This document shows positions 49,532-58,160 of a stretch of DNA of 64,000 bases, in pieces. The translations under genes and the position numbers were made by a program. How positions within the stretch are numbered: position 1 is the first letter of the stretch; each line of letters opens with the position of its first letter. Source of the stretch: Polaromonas sp. (GTDB lineage: Bacteria; Pseudomonadota; Gammaproteobacteria; Burkholderiales; Burkholderiaceae_C); the NCBI RefSeq assembly GCF_039930745.1, contig NZ_JBDTTH010000005.1, positions 29,385 through 93,384 on the forward strand, in the 5' to 3' direction. Below the pieces are notes generated by a model. It was not told the DNA's origin, ran no database searches, and saw only the letters and a list, made by a program, of their open reading frames with translations.

Positions 49532-50416
49532 TCAAAAAATGCTTTCACGGACATAAATCACGTCTTCAGGGCGGACCAGATCAGTGAGCTGAGGCACCGC
49601 TTCCACCACCTTGCCTGTCGCATCGCGCCGATGAATACGCAGCCGGTTCTGGCTACCGCGCGCGGTCGGGCCACCGCCCTGTGCCAGAGCCTGCATGACC
49701 GTCATGCCGCGCTCTATGCGATAAGGGCCGGGCTTTTGCGCCTCGCCATAGATGTAGAACACGGGCGCCTTGTTGACATACAGGGTATCGCCAGCGGCGA
49801 CCGGGATGTCTTCATCCGACTTCACATTCAAAAAAAGCGCCGGGATATCGATCACTTTGCGAAACGGTTTGCCATCGCGCTGGCCCGTGAGAATCAGCAC
49901 ATCATCCCCAGTGGGGGTAGTACCTCCTGCTGCGGCCAGCATGTCGCTGACACGTGTATTGGTGGTCTCGATCGGAAAGCGGCCCGGTCGGCTCACCTGG
50001 CCCAAAACCGCTACCTGATTGCCTCGCACCTGCCGCAGAATAATGTTGACTTGCGGGACTTTGACAAAGCCGCCGTTACGCAGGGCATCGGCAATTTTCT
50101 TTTCAGCCTCGGCGATGGTCAGCCCGCCAAGCTGCAGGCTGCCCACAAGCGGGTAGCTGATCACCCCGCTTTCAGACACGCGCGCGTCCACGGAAAGGTC
50201 GGGGCTCTGATAGACCTGAACACCGATGGCATCACCGGGACCCAGCCGGTAGTCCTGCTTGCTTGGTATCGAAGCCTGTTCTCCTGGCGTTGCAACTGCA
50301 GCTGCCGCTGCGACGGGTGCAGTTGCAGCCTGCAGCGGAGCACCGGTCTGTGCAAATCCAGCGATTGAAAAAACAATCAGCCATGCTGTCGCGAAATAAC
50401 GAATGTGGAGTGTCAT
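49532..50416 (-). CDS. epsE: Polysaccharide export protein, EpsE (Wza/SLBB) type
   Basis: DYRLGPGD, ISYPLVG, GQVSRPGRF, YGEAQKPGPY, PEDVIYVRESIF. Confidence 0.88.
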   Translation of the reverse strand: MTLHIRYFATAWLIVFSIAGFAQTGAPLQAATAPVAAAAAVATPGEQASIPSKQDYRLGPGDAIGVQVYQSPDLSVDARVSESGVISYPLVGSLQLGGLTIAEAEKKIADALRNGGFVKVPQVNIILRQVRGNQVAVLGQVSRPGRFPIETTNTRVSDMLAAAGGTTPTGDDVLILTGQRDGKPFRKVIDIPALFLNVKSDEDIPVAAGDTLYVNKAPVFYIYGEAQKPGPYRIERGMTVMQALAQGGGPTARGSQNRLRIHRRDATGKVVEAVPQLTDLVRPEDVIYVRESIF

Positions 50417-50467
50417 GGGAATACCTCTGGAATGGTCATGGCAAAAAAGATGAAGCTGCCCAGCCCA

Positions 50468-51697
50468 TCAAAAACTGGCGAGGGCCGAGAGTCCAACCGT
50501 ATTGCTCCGGTAATCAAAACCCGGTTCGCTGGAGGTACGCCTGTCACGCTGAAGCGAAGCGGTCAATTTGAGCGCGCGCCAGGGCATCCAGTCGAATGCC
50601 AGGGAAGCCTGCTTCGTGATGTCACGGCGGTTGCTTTCCACAAAGCCTGGAAGAGCCCCGTTGTAATCACGCACGCCGTGGCTATAGCGCGCCCGGAGGG
50701 CCGTTTTCTCCGTCGGCTTCCAGGTTGGTGCAATGAAGAACCGGTGACCCTCAAAATAACTGGCCGTTGTTATCTGATAACTGCCGAGTTCACGTACCGC
50801 GCCGGCAGCGATAGCGGTTTTGGCGGTGACAGCCCAGGTCGCATCCAACTGGCCTACAAAGCCAGAAAAATCCCGCGCTGCAAAGTCGTCGTGTGATCGG
50901 TCGAAGTGCGACAGCCGGCCGCGCAACATCGTCTTCGCGGTGGGCGCCCAGTCCAGCCGGAATTCGTGTTCCCGATCCTTGAAGCTGCGGGCGAACACCG
51001 GTGACAGGGCTCGGCCTGGATAATCACCGTCGCCGTTCCTGAAGCGATACGCCATGGAGGTATTGGAAGGAAAGACATACCGTACGCCGGCCTCCGCACC
51101 TTCGACATGGGTATCCGCCTCGAAGGTGGAAGTCTCGCTGCTCTTGCTGCTGCGGTCAAAAACGCCGCCCACCAGGCGCCAGGCGCCGTCGATTTCGTAC
51201 TCGGCGTCAAACACCGTCGAACGGGTGGTTCGATGGCTGACCTGGCCAAAATTCTGCACGTCTGCTGTGGTGTCGATGTATTCCTTCCGGTCGGAAGTCA
51301 GGTTCCCATGCAGAGCAGGGGTAAAGCTCCATCGCCAGGCCGCAGCATAGTTGAGCGCCGTAAAGTCCAGATGGGAGAACCGCTGATAGTGATAGTCCTG
51401 GGCGTTCACATCCAGCTCGAACCGCTGCAGGCTATAAGGCTTGTTCAACTTGATACCCAAAGTCGTGACTGCAATGGTGTCCGATCGGGTGGGCGATCCG
51501 ATCACGGCCTGGGTATTGGCCGAATCCGACAACCGGAACACATTGCTGTCGCGTTCGACAGACTGGCCAGCCTGGAACTGGAGCGTGTCAAGATCGTCCG
51601 CCAAAACCATGCTGGGAACAAATCCGAGCACTGCCAGTGGAAAAGGAATAAGTGTGCGACAAGAGATCAAAAGAAACCCCCTTGCCGGATAAGGCAA
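50468..51697 (-). CDS. epsL: Outer-membrane beta-barrel for polysaccharide export, EpsL type
   Basis: Signal peptide, DSNVFRLS, alternating beta-strand pattern, terminal Phe; position between epsB and epsE. Confidence 0.75.
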   Translation of the reverse strand: MPYPARGFLLISCRTLIPFPLAVLGFVPSMVLADDLDTLQFQAGQSVERDSNVFRLSDSANTQAVIGSPTRSDTIAVTTLGIKLNKPYSLQRFELDVNAQDYHYQRFSHLDFTALNYAAAWRWSFTPALHGNLTSDRKEYIDTTADVQNFGQVSHRTTRSTVFDAEYEIDGAWRLVGGVFDRSSKSSETSTFEADTHVEGAEAGVRYVFPSNTSMAYRFRNGDGDYPGRALSPVFARSFKDREHEFRLDWAPTAKTMLRGRLSHFDRSHDDFAARDFSGFVGQLDATWAVTAKTAIAAGAVRELGSYQITTASYFEGHRFFIAPTWKPTEKTALRARYSHGVRDYNGALPGFVESNRRDITKQASLAFDWMPWRALKLTASLQRDRRTSSEPGFDYRSNTVGLSALASF

Positions 51698-51830
51698 AAC
51701 GTGAAGTCCGGGCGACCCGCGTGGGGTGCCGGTAGGTATGGGTAGATGGTGTGCATGAATGTTACGAATGTGGAGAGGGCTGAAGCAATAGCTCTTTCGC
51801 CCTAATGCGCTCTGTTGGATTCAAGGCCTT

Positions 51831-53258
51831 TCAATAAGCGGAGCTGTCCTTGAAGACCAGGCGTATTGTTTTAAAGATGATGAAAAAATCCAGCTGCAGG
51901 GACCAGTTGCGCAGGTAATCCAGGTCGCAATCGATTCGCGCCTGCATTTTGTCCAGCGTGTCTGTTTCGCCGCGCTGGCCGTTGACTTGGGCCCAGCCCG
52001 TGATTCCGGGACGGACCTTGTGACGGACCATGTAACCCTTGATGAGCGTGCGATACATTTCGTTGTGCGCCACGGCATGCGGCCTGGGCCCCACGATGCT
52101 CATGCGCCCCTGCAGCACATTGATGAATTGAGGCAGCTCATCGAGCGAGGTCTTGCGCAGGAAAGCCCCCAGGCGCGTCACACGCAAGTCGTTTTTCTGC
52201 GCCTGGCGAATTGCACCACCATCTTCCGTCACAGCCATGGAGCGAAACTTGTAGACCAGGATCTGCTCGCCGTCCAGGCCATACCGTCGCTGCTTGAAAA
52301 TGACCGGCCCCGGCGAGTCCAGTTTCACCAGCAATCCGATCATCAGCATGACCGGAAAAATCAGCAGAAGAATCAGCAAGGACAACACGATGTCGCTGCC
52401 GCGCTTGAGCACACCGTTGACACCCCGGAACGGAGTATCACAGACCGATATCACGGTGACGCCGCACACCGAATCACTGCGCCCCTGGATCAGGTCGGTG
52501 ATGAACATGTCCGGGACAAAATAAATGGAAGCCGTGGTGTCCTTGAGGCCGTCCAGCACCTGGAGGATGCGCGGCCTTGCAGCCATGGGCAAGGACAGGT
52601 AAATGAACTGGATCCTGTGCCGTTTGACGTAGGCTGGCAGCTCCTCGATTTTCCCGATCAGCTGGTGCTCACCCTGCATCCCCCTGCGCCCTTCACCGCG
52701 GTCATCAAAGAACCCCATAAGCTCAATACCCGAGTATTGGGAGCCCGTAATATGTTCAGCCAGGGAAGCGCCCTGGTCGTTCATGCCCACAATCACGGCC
52801 TTGCCGGGGGGACCTTGGAGTTTCAACAGCTGCGGCGCTGCGGCTCTCAGCGCCAGGTGCGCTCCCGCCTGGGCCACCGGGGCCAGCCACAGCCAACTGC
52901 CGATAACGGTCATCGAAAATTTGTAGAACGATTCTGTTGCATACCCCGTCAACAGCAACAGGCCCGCAATCCAGAGCCAATGGAAAGCAATGTTGAAAAA
53001 TACCCGCCAGATCGGCAGGCGAAGCTGCGAACTGCCCGGAAAGGTCAACGAAAAAACGATGATCGAGAGGATCAGATAGGACGGGCTTATCGAATTCTCG
53101 AAGTAAAAGGCCAACGCCCAAAGCGAGAACACCAGCACCAGCGGGTCGAGGGCAGCTTCGATCACCGTGAAGACGTTGCTTCTGCCCAGCCCCGCGGAGC
53201 GCGGCTCGCGGCTGTTCAGCCAGGCCGACGCGGAAGCAGCCTGATTGATCTCAGCCAT
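51831..53258 (-). CDS. Undecaprenyl-phosphate glucose phosphotransferase (WcaJ/EpsB)
   Basis: KRGSDI, GPVIFKQRRYG, KFRSM, TSLDELPQFINVLQGRMSIVGPRP, PGITGWAQVNG. Confidence 0.93.
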   Translation of the reverse strand: MAEINQAASASAWLNSREPRSAGLGRSNVFTVIEAALDPLVLVFSLWALAFYFENSISPSYLILSIIVFSLTFPGSSQLRLPIWRVFFNIAFHWLWIAGLLLLTGYATESFYKFSMTVIGSWLWLAPVAQAGAHLALRAAAPQLLKLQGPPGKAVIVGMNDQGASLAEHITGSQYSGIELMGFFDDRGEGRRGMQGEHQLIGKIEELPAYVKRHRIQFIYLSLPMAARPRILQVLDGLKDTTASIYFVPDMFITDLIQGRSDSVCGVTVISVCDTPFRGVNGVLKRGSDIVLSLLILLLIFPVMLMIGLLVKLDSPGPVIFKQRRYGLDGEQILVYKFRSMAVTEDGGAIRQAQKNDLRVTRLGAFLRKTSLDELPQFINVLQGRMSIVGPRPHAVAHNEMYRTLIKGYMVRHKVRPGITGWAQVNGQRGETDTLDKMQARIDCDLDYLRNWSLQLDFFIIFKTIRLVFKDSSAY

Positions 53259-54066
53259 CCAGCGACACCTGCTTCATTTTGGAGACAGCCTGTGCGCGGC
53301 TGAAAACATTGAGCTTCTGGAAAATGCGCTGCATGTGATTTTTCACCGTGAATCCACTGATATTCAAAATGGTTCCAATCTCCGAGTTGGTCTTTCCCAT
53401 CGCCACCCAGGCCATGATCTGGGTTTCGCGCTCACTCAAGCCACTGACGTCTTCTTGCAAATTTCGTACCGGCCTTGAGGTGCCACCACGCTGTTGCGGC
53501 AGCAAGGTCATCCGGCGCAACGCCGCGTCGATGGAGGGCATCAGCACCCTGAGCGCCGTACTCGCAGGCTCGACCGGAATATCTTCCGTGTCCAGTAGCA
53601 CATAGAGGCACTCTTGCCCGTTCCGCTCGTCACACAAACCGTGAATCAGTGCGGAACGCATGCCACGCAATGCAGCGGTGAATGACCCCGGCAAGCTGGC
53701 ACTGCCCAGCAAATAGTCAAACTCGTGAAAGTTCAGTCTGCAGGGCATCCTCCCTGCTGCAAGCCAGTGATCGTGGAATTTACCGAGCAGGAAAGGCAGG
53801 CTGTCCGTGCCATCGCTATAGGACCGCGCGCCCGGCAGATTCGACAAAATGTCGTGCCGCACCGTGCCTTCGCGAAAGTCTCCCCACCCGGCTAACAGGA
53901 TGTCGTGCGACAGGTAGTCCTGCACGTCTCCCTGCAGCCATTGCAGCAGGTCGATGTGACGCTCCAGAGCCTCGGTTTGCCTGATCAAGTGCAGGTAGCG
54001 CACGGCAGCACCGTCGCGGTGCGACATGTGAGTCTTCATGGTTGCGTACGACATCCCTGTGTTCAT
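53251..54066 (-). CDS. epsA: LuxR-family transcriptional regulator, EpsA type
   Basis: LSHDILLAGWGDF N-terminal domain; LSERETQIMAWVAMGKTNSEIGTILNISGFTVKNH HTH; heads the eps operon. Confidence 0.85.
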   Translation of the reverse strand: MNTGMSYATMKTHMSHRDGAAVRYLHLIRQTEALERHIDLLQWLQGDVQDYLSHDILLAGWGDFREGTVRHDILSNLPGARSYSDGTDSLPFLLGKFHDHWLAAGRMPCRLNFHEFDYLLGSASLPGSFTAALRGMRSALIHGLCDERNGQECLYVLLDTEDIPVEPASTALRVLMPSIDAALRRMTLLPQQRGGTSRPVRNLQEDVSGLSERETQIMAWVAMGKTNSEIGTILNISGFTVKNHMQRIFQKLNVFSRAQAVSKMKQVSLDG

Positions 54067-54338
54067 TTTTAGCTCTATCCCCTGCGGTGCGCTGCAATCT
54101 TTGAAGAATGACGGACCTCTTTAAGGAGCGTAATCGACCGCGCCGCATACTCAGCGTAGGAAACGTGCAAGCACTGTGTAGGCGAATGCTTACGTTTCGC
54201 GTCATCCGCCTTTGCACATTTCCACACAGATACGAGTTGCAACAGTTTGATCCCACAAGTTTCCTGACGGAACGCGCGATATGGGTGCAACCGGGCTTAC
54301 CCTTGACGGCCTGATTTTGAAAATAGAAAGACGAACTG

Positions 54339-55361
54339 ATGGCAGGCACGAAAATGAAACGCAGCATAGAAGTCGATACATTGCGGGGTATCGCCTGCAT
54401 GCTATTGGTGTTCTTTCACACCGTAGGCGCCACGCCGACAGAGGGCTTGAAACTTCCGGACGGACACTGGCTGGGAACGTTCAACGACATGCTCGCCTAT
54501 TTCCGCATGCCGCTTTTCTCTTTCATATCGGGCTATGTCTATGCGTTTCGCCCTTACCAGGGAAACGCACCAGGCTTCATCAAGGGCAAAGTGAGGCGTC
54601 TCCTGTTGCCTCTCCTGACCGTAGGCACCTTTTACGCCATCGTGCAAACCATCACACCAGGTGCCAATGCCAGCGTGAACAACTGGTGGCTGCTGCATGT
54701 CCTGCCGGTGGGGCACTTCTGGTTTCTTGAAGCCCTGTTCGTCATTTTTCTGCTGGTCATTCTTCTCGAACACCTGAAAGCCCTCTCCACAGTGCCCAGT
54801 TTTGCACTGGTTTGGGGAGCCAGCGCCTTACTTTTCGCTCTGCCTGGGTTCACCAACTATTTTGGAGTGCGCGGCGCACTTTATCTGATGCCTTTTTTCC
54901 TTGCTGGACTGGCCTGCAAACGCTTCGATATCCGTGGTTCTGTACCACGCCTTCTGGCTGCGACAGCACTTATAGCCAGCCTTGCGGTTGTCGTGCTGCT
55001 TCCGCCATACATGAAGGAACATGCGGTGTGGGTACTGGTCTCATTGGCCATCGGTGTTTCTGCCGGCGTGCTGCTGCTTCGAAGCGGTTGGGAGTCACGT
55101 CCCCTGGCCTACATAGGCGCGTATTCCTTTGCCATCTACCTGCTCCATGTCTTCTTCACTGCGAGCAGCCGGATTTTCCTCAATAAAATGGGGGTGACAG
55201 ACACCTACGCCTTGTTGCCGCCGGGTGTCGTCGCCGGCATCTTCGGCCCGATTGTCTGCGCGCAGATCATCGGCCGCAATGAAACGCTGAACCTCTGGCT
55301 GCTGGGAAGCACGTCAAAAGTAAAAACGACCCGAGTCAGCAGAGCGGAAGCCGCCGTTTAG
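54339..55361 (+). CDS. Acyltransferase family 3 (polysaccharide O-acylation)
   Basis: DTLRGIA, FRMPLFSFISGY, HFWFLEALF, SFAIYLLHVFF; multi-TM. Confidence 0.88.
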   Translation: MAGTKMKRSIEVDTLRGIACMLLVFFHTVGATPTEGLKLPDGHWLGTFNDMLAYFRMPLFSFISGYVYAFRPYQGNAPGFIKGKVRRLLLPLLTVGTFYAIVQTITPGANASVNNWWLLHVLPVGHFWFLEALFVIFLLVILLEHLKALSTVPSFALVWGASALLFALPGFTNYFGVRGALYLMPFFLAGLACKRFDIRGSVPRLLAATALIASLAVVVLLPPYMKEHAVWVLVSLAIGVSAGVLLLRSGWESRPLAYIGAYSFAIYLLHVFFTASSRIFLNKMGVTDTYALLPPGVVAGIFGPIVCAQIIGRNETLNLWLLGSTSKVKTTRVSRAEAAV

Positions 55362-55490
55362 CCGGAGACGCTCTGCCGGCAACAAGACCCACCCGCGCTG
55401 GTTTTCGCCAGTTCCTGGCCGTCTTCGGCAACTCGCGGAGCAACCCCTGCCGGAAGTGATTGAAGACAGGACGCTGTCGACGTCGCAAAA

Positions 55491-55682
55491 CAGCTGATGG
55501 GTATGATCACGCCGCCCTTTGGCGTAAACCTGTTTGCAGCATGTACGGTGGCACGGATAACGCTGGACAAAATCATCAAACACCTGATTCCCTTTGTGCT
55601 GGTAATCGTCGCTTGCCTGGTGGTGGTCACTCATGTCCCAATCATCTCGCTGGGCCTGCGCGATCTGCTGTACGCCCGCTAA
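55491..55682 (+). pseudogene. 3' remnant of a TRAP transporter large permease (DctM)
   Basis: GMITPPFGVNLFAAC...PFVLVIVACLVVVTHVPIISL matches the DctM C-terminus; an in-frame stop at 55461 and no upstream homology. Confidence 0.75.
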
Positions 55683-55752
55683 CGGAAGAAAATTTCACAC
55701 GCCTGTCATTTTCTGCGTTCATGCTTGGGGCCTCCATTGCCTATGAGGTCCC

Positions 55753-56307
55753 ATGCAGCTCCACAAGACCGACCGCGCACGCGCTGAGCTTCAGCCCGGC
55801 ACCCGAACGCTTGGCCAGCGCGAGCGCACCTTGCTGCTGCTGGCCGACGGAAGCCGGTCTGCACAGGACTTGCGGCCGCTGTTCAATGGGGATGGCGAGA
55901 AAATTGCTCTGCAACTGCTGCGTGAAGGTTTTTTGCACATCCCATCCGTCGGCTCGCCGGGGCCTGCGTCCGGTTCAACACAGCCGCCAAAAGCCGGTAG
56001 GCAGTTGCAGGCCAGCAAGGTCTCGTCGGCTACCGCTCCAATTTCAGCAGACCAGTTTGACGGAAAGAGGTCGTTGGCGACCACGCGGATGTTTCTTTTT
56101 GATATCTGTGAACGCATGTTTTCCCAGCGGCACCCGGATCTGGCAGAGCGCTTCCGGGAAAGCTTGCGCAGCGCCAGAGACCGTGAGGCCATGCTGATTG
56201 CGTCGCGCGACATGATCGGGGCGATCGGGGAAATCGCGGGGCACGAACGGGCTGATTCCATCAGTGAACGGATTGCCATGCTGTTGCCTGCCGAGGGGGC
56301 AGCCTGA
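55753..56307 (+). CDS. Hypothetical protein
   Basis: RBS-like GAGG before the ATG; plausible two-domain protein (KTDRARAEL...LLLLADG; SLATTRMFLFDICERMF). Confidence 0.65.
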   Translation: MQLHKTDRARAELQPGTRTLGQRERTLLLLADGSRSAQDLRPLFNGDGEKIALQLLREGFLHIPSVGSPGPASGSTQPPKAGRQLQASKVSSATAPISADQFDGKRSLATTRMFLFDICERMFSQRHPDLAERFRESLRSARDREAMLIASRDMIGAIGEIAGHERADSISERIAMLLPAEGAA

Positions 56308-56330
56308 GACGGTTCAGCTACACTTGACGG

Positions 56331-56547
56331 GTCAGGAGAGAGTTTTCCTCGAGAAAACCGCCGAAGGCGCATGCGGCACCCCAATGGTGCTCTGAACGCT
56401 CAGGCAAAAGGACTGGCAAGCGCCGCCCGGCCGAACACCCGCCAGGCAGCGTTCCCTACTGGAGAGAGGCCCCCCCATGAGGCGGCCCACCGAAGGAGCA
56501 AACCTGCATCGCCAGGCGAATCTCTCAGGTAAAGAGGACAGCAGGGG
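56331..56547 (+). ncRNA. Tandem glycine riboswitch
   Basis: Two aptamers, each GGAGAG...CCGAAGG...CTCAGG...GGAC (about 56331-56413 and 56454-56547), directly upstream of gcvT. Confidence 0.93.
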
Positions 56548-56594
56548 CAGCCCATGGCTCATGGCCATGTTGTATGTTTGCCCCGGAGAACGCC

Positions 56595-57737
56595 TTGTCC
56601 GCCATCGCCCCTGAACTGCTGAAAACGCCTCTGTACGACCTGCATCTGGAACTCGGCGCGCGCATGGTCCCGTTTGCCGGTTATTCCATGCCGGTGCAGT
56701 ACCCGGCCGGCCTGATGGCCGAGCACCACCACACACGTAGCGCCGCCGGCCTCTTCGACGTCTCGCACATGGGCCAGTTGCGCCTTGTGGGGCCAAACGC
56801 CGCAGCCGCACTGGAATCCCTGATTCCTGTCGATGTGATCGACCTACCCGCAGGCAAGCAGCGCTACGGCCTGCTGCTCAACGACGACGGCGGCATCATC
56901 GATGACCTGATGTTTTTCAACCGCGACTACCTCAACGGCGGCGATATTTTTGTCATCGTCAATGGCGCCTGCAAAGTCGGTGACATCGCACATATCCAGA
57001 AAAATATCGGTAGCCGCTGCAACGTTATTCCCATGCCGAACATGGCTTTGCTGGCGTTGCAGGGTCCGCAGGCGGTGAACGCTCTCTCGCGCTTGGCTCC
57101 GGGTGTCGAAAAACTGGTTTTCATGACCGGCGGGCGCTTTAACGTGGCAGGCTGCGACTGCTTTCTCACCCGCAGCGGCTACACCGGCGAAGACGGTTTT
57201 GAAATTTCCGTGCCTGCCGCACAGGCCGACACCCTGGCCCGCGCCCTGCTCGCCCAGCCTGAGGTCAAGCCGGTCGGCCTGGGCGCACGCAACTCGCTGC
57301 GGCTGGAAGCCGGGCTCTGTCTCTACGGCAACGACATCGACAGCACCAGCACACCGGTTGAAGCCAGCCTGAACTGGGCGATCCAGAAAGTGCGCCGCAA
57401 CGGTGGTGCCCGCGCAGGCGGTTTCCCGGGTGCGGACAAGGTGCTGGCCCAGCTCGCGGATCCGGCCGTTCTCACGCGCAAGCGTGTGGGCCTGACAGCA
57501 CTGGAGCGCATCCCTGTGCGCGATCACACGCAACTGGAGTGCATAGATGGCACGCCGATTGGCGAGGTCACCAGCGGCCTGCTCGGCCCCACCATCGACA
57601 AACCCGTGGCCATGGGCTACGTGAAGCCCGAGTTCTCGGCCATCGGTACACGCGTGAACGCCATCGTGCGCGGCAAACCTGTGCCCATGGAAGTGAGCGC
57701 CATGCCTTTTGTTCCGAATCGTTATTTCCGCGGCTGA
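56595..57737 (+). CDS. gcvT: Glycine cleavage system aminomethyltransferase T
   Basis: GLFDVSHMGQ, GGIIDDL, RSGYTGEDGFEI, GLGARNSLRLEAGLCLYG; TTG start behind GGAG. Confidence 0.96.
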   Translation: MSAIAPELLKTPLYDLHLELGARMVPFAGYSMPVQYPAGLMAEHHHTRSAAGLFDVSHMGQLRLVGPNAAAALESLIPVDVIDLPAGKQRYGLLLNDDGGIIDDLMFFNRDYLNGGDIFVIVNGACKVGDIAHIQKNIGSRCNVIPMPNMALLALQGPQAVNALSRLAPGVEKLVFMTGGRFNVAGCDCFLTRSGYTGEDGFEISVPAAQADTLARALLAQPEVKPVGLGARNSLRLEAGLCLYGNDIDSTSTPVEASLNWAIQKVRRNGGARAGGFPGADKVLAQLADPAVLTRKRVGLTALERIPVRDHTQLECIDGTPIGEVTSGLLGPTIDKPVAMGYVKPEFSAIGTRVNAIVRGKPVPMEVSAMPFVPNRYFRG

Positions 57738-57762
57738 ATTTTTATATTTTTTGGAGAACCCC

Positions 57763-58128
57763 ATGATCAAGTACACCGAAGACCACGAATGGATCAAAGT
57801 TGACGGCAGCATCGCCACAGTGGGCATCACCCACCACGCCCAGGACGCACTGGGTGACGTTGTATTTGTCGACCTGCCTTCTGTTGGCAGCACGTTGGCC
57901 CAGAAGGAGGTCGCCGGCGTGGTGGAGTCCGTGAAGGCTGCGGCCGACGTGTATATGCCCCTCAGCGGTGATGTGACTGAAGTCAATGAGGCGCTGCGCG
58001 ACGATCCCTCACTGGCCAACACCGATCCGCTGGGCGCAGGCTGGTTCTTCAAGGTCAAACTGTCCGACAAGGGCCAGCTTGACGCGCTGATGGACGAGAC
58101 AAGCTACACCGCCTTCTCCGGCTCCTGA
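57763..58128 (+). CDS. gcvH: Glycine cleavage system protein H
   Basis: [23 protein letters not shown], lipoyl motif [10 protein letters not shown]. Confidence 0.96.
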   Translation: MIKYTEDHEWIKVDGSIATVGITHHAQDALGDVVFVDLPSVGSTLAQKEVAGVVESVKAAADVYMPLSGDVTEVNEALRDDPSLANTDPLGAGWFFKVKLSDKGQLDALMDETSYTAFSGS

Positions 58129-58160
58129 ACTTTCTGCAACCGCCTGATACGGGACCTGCC

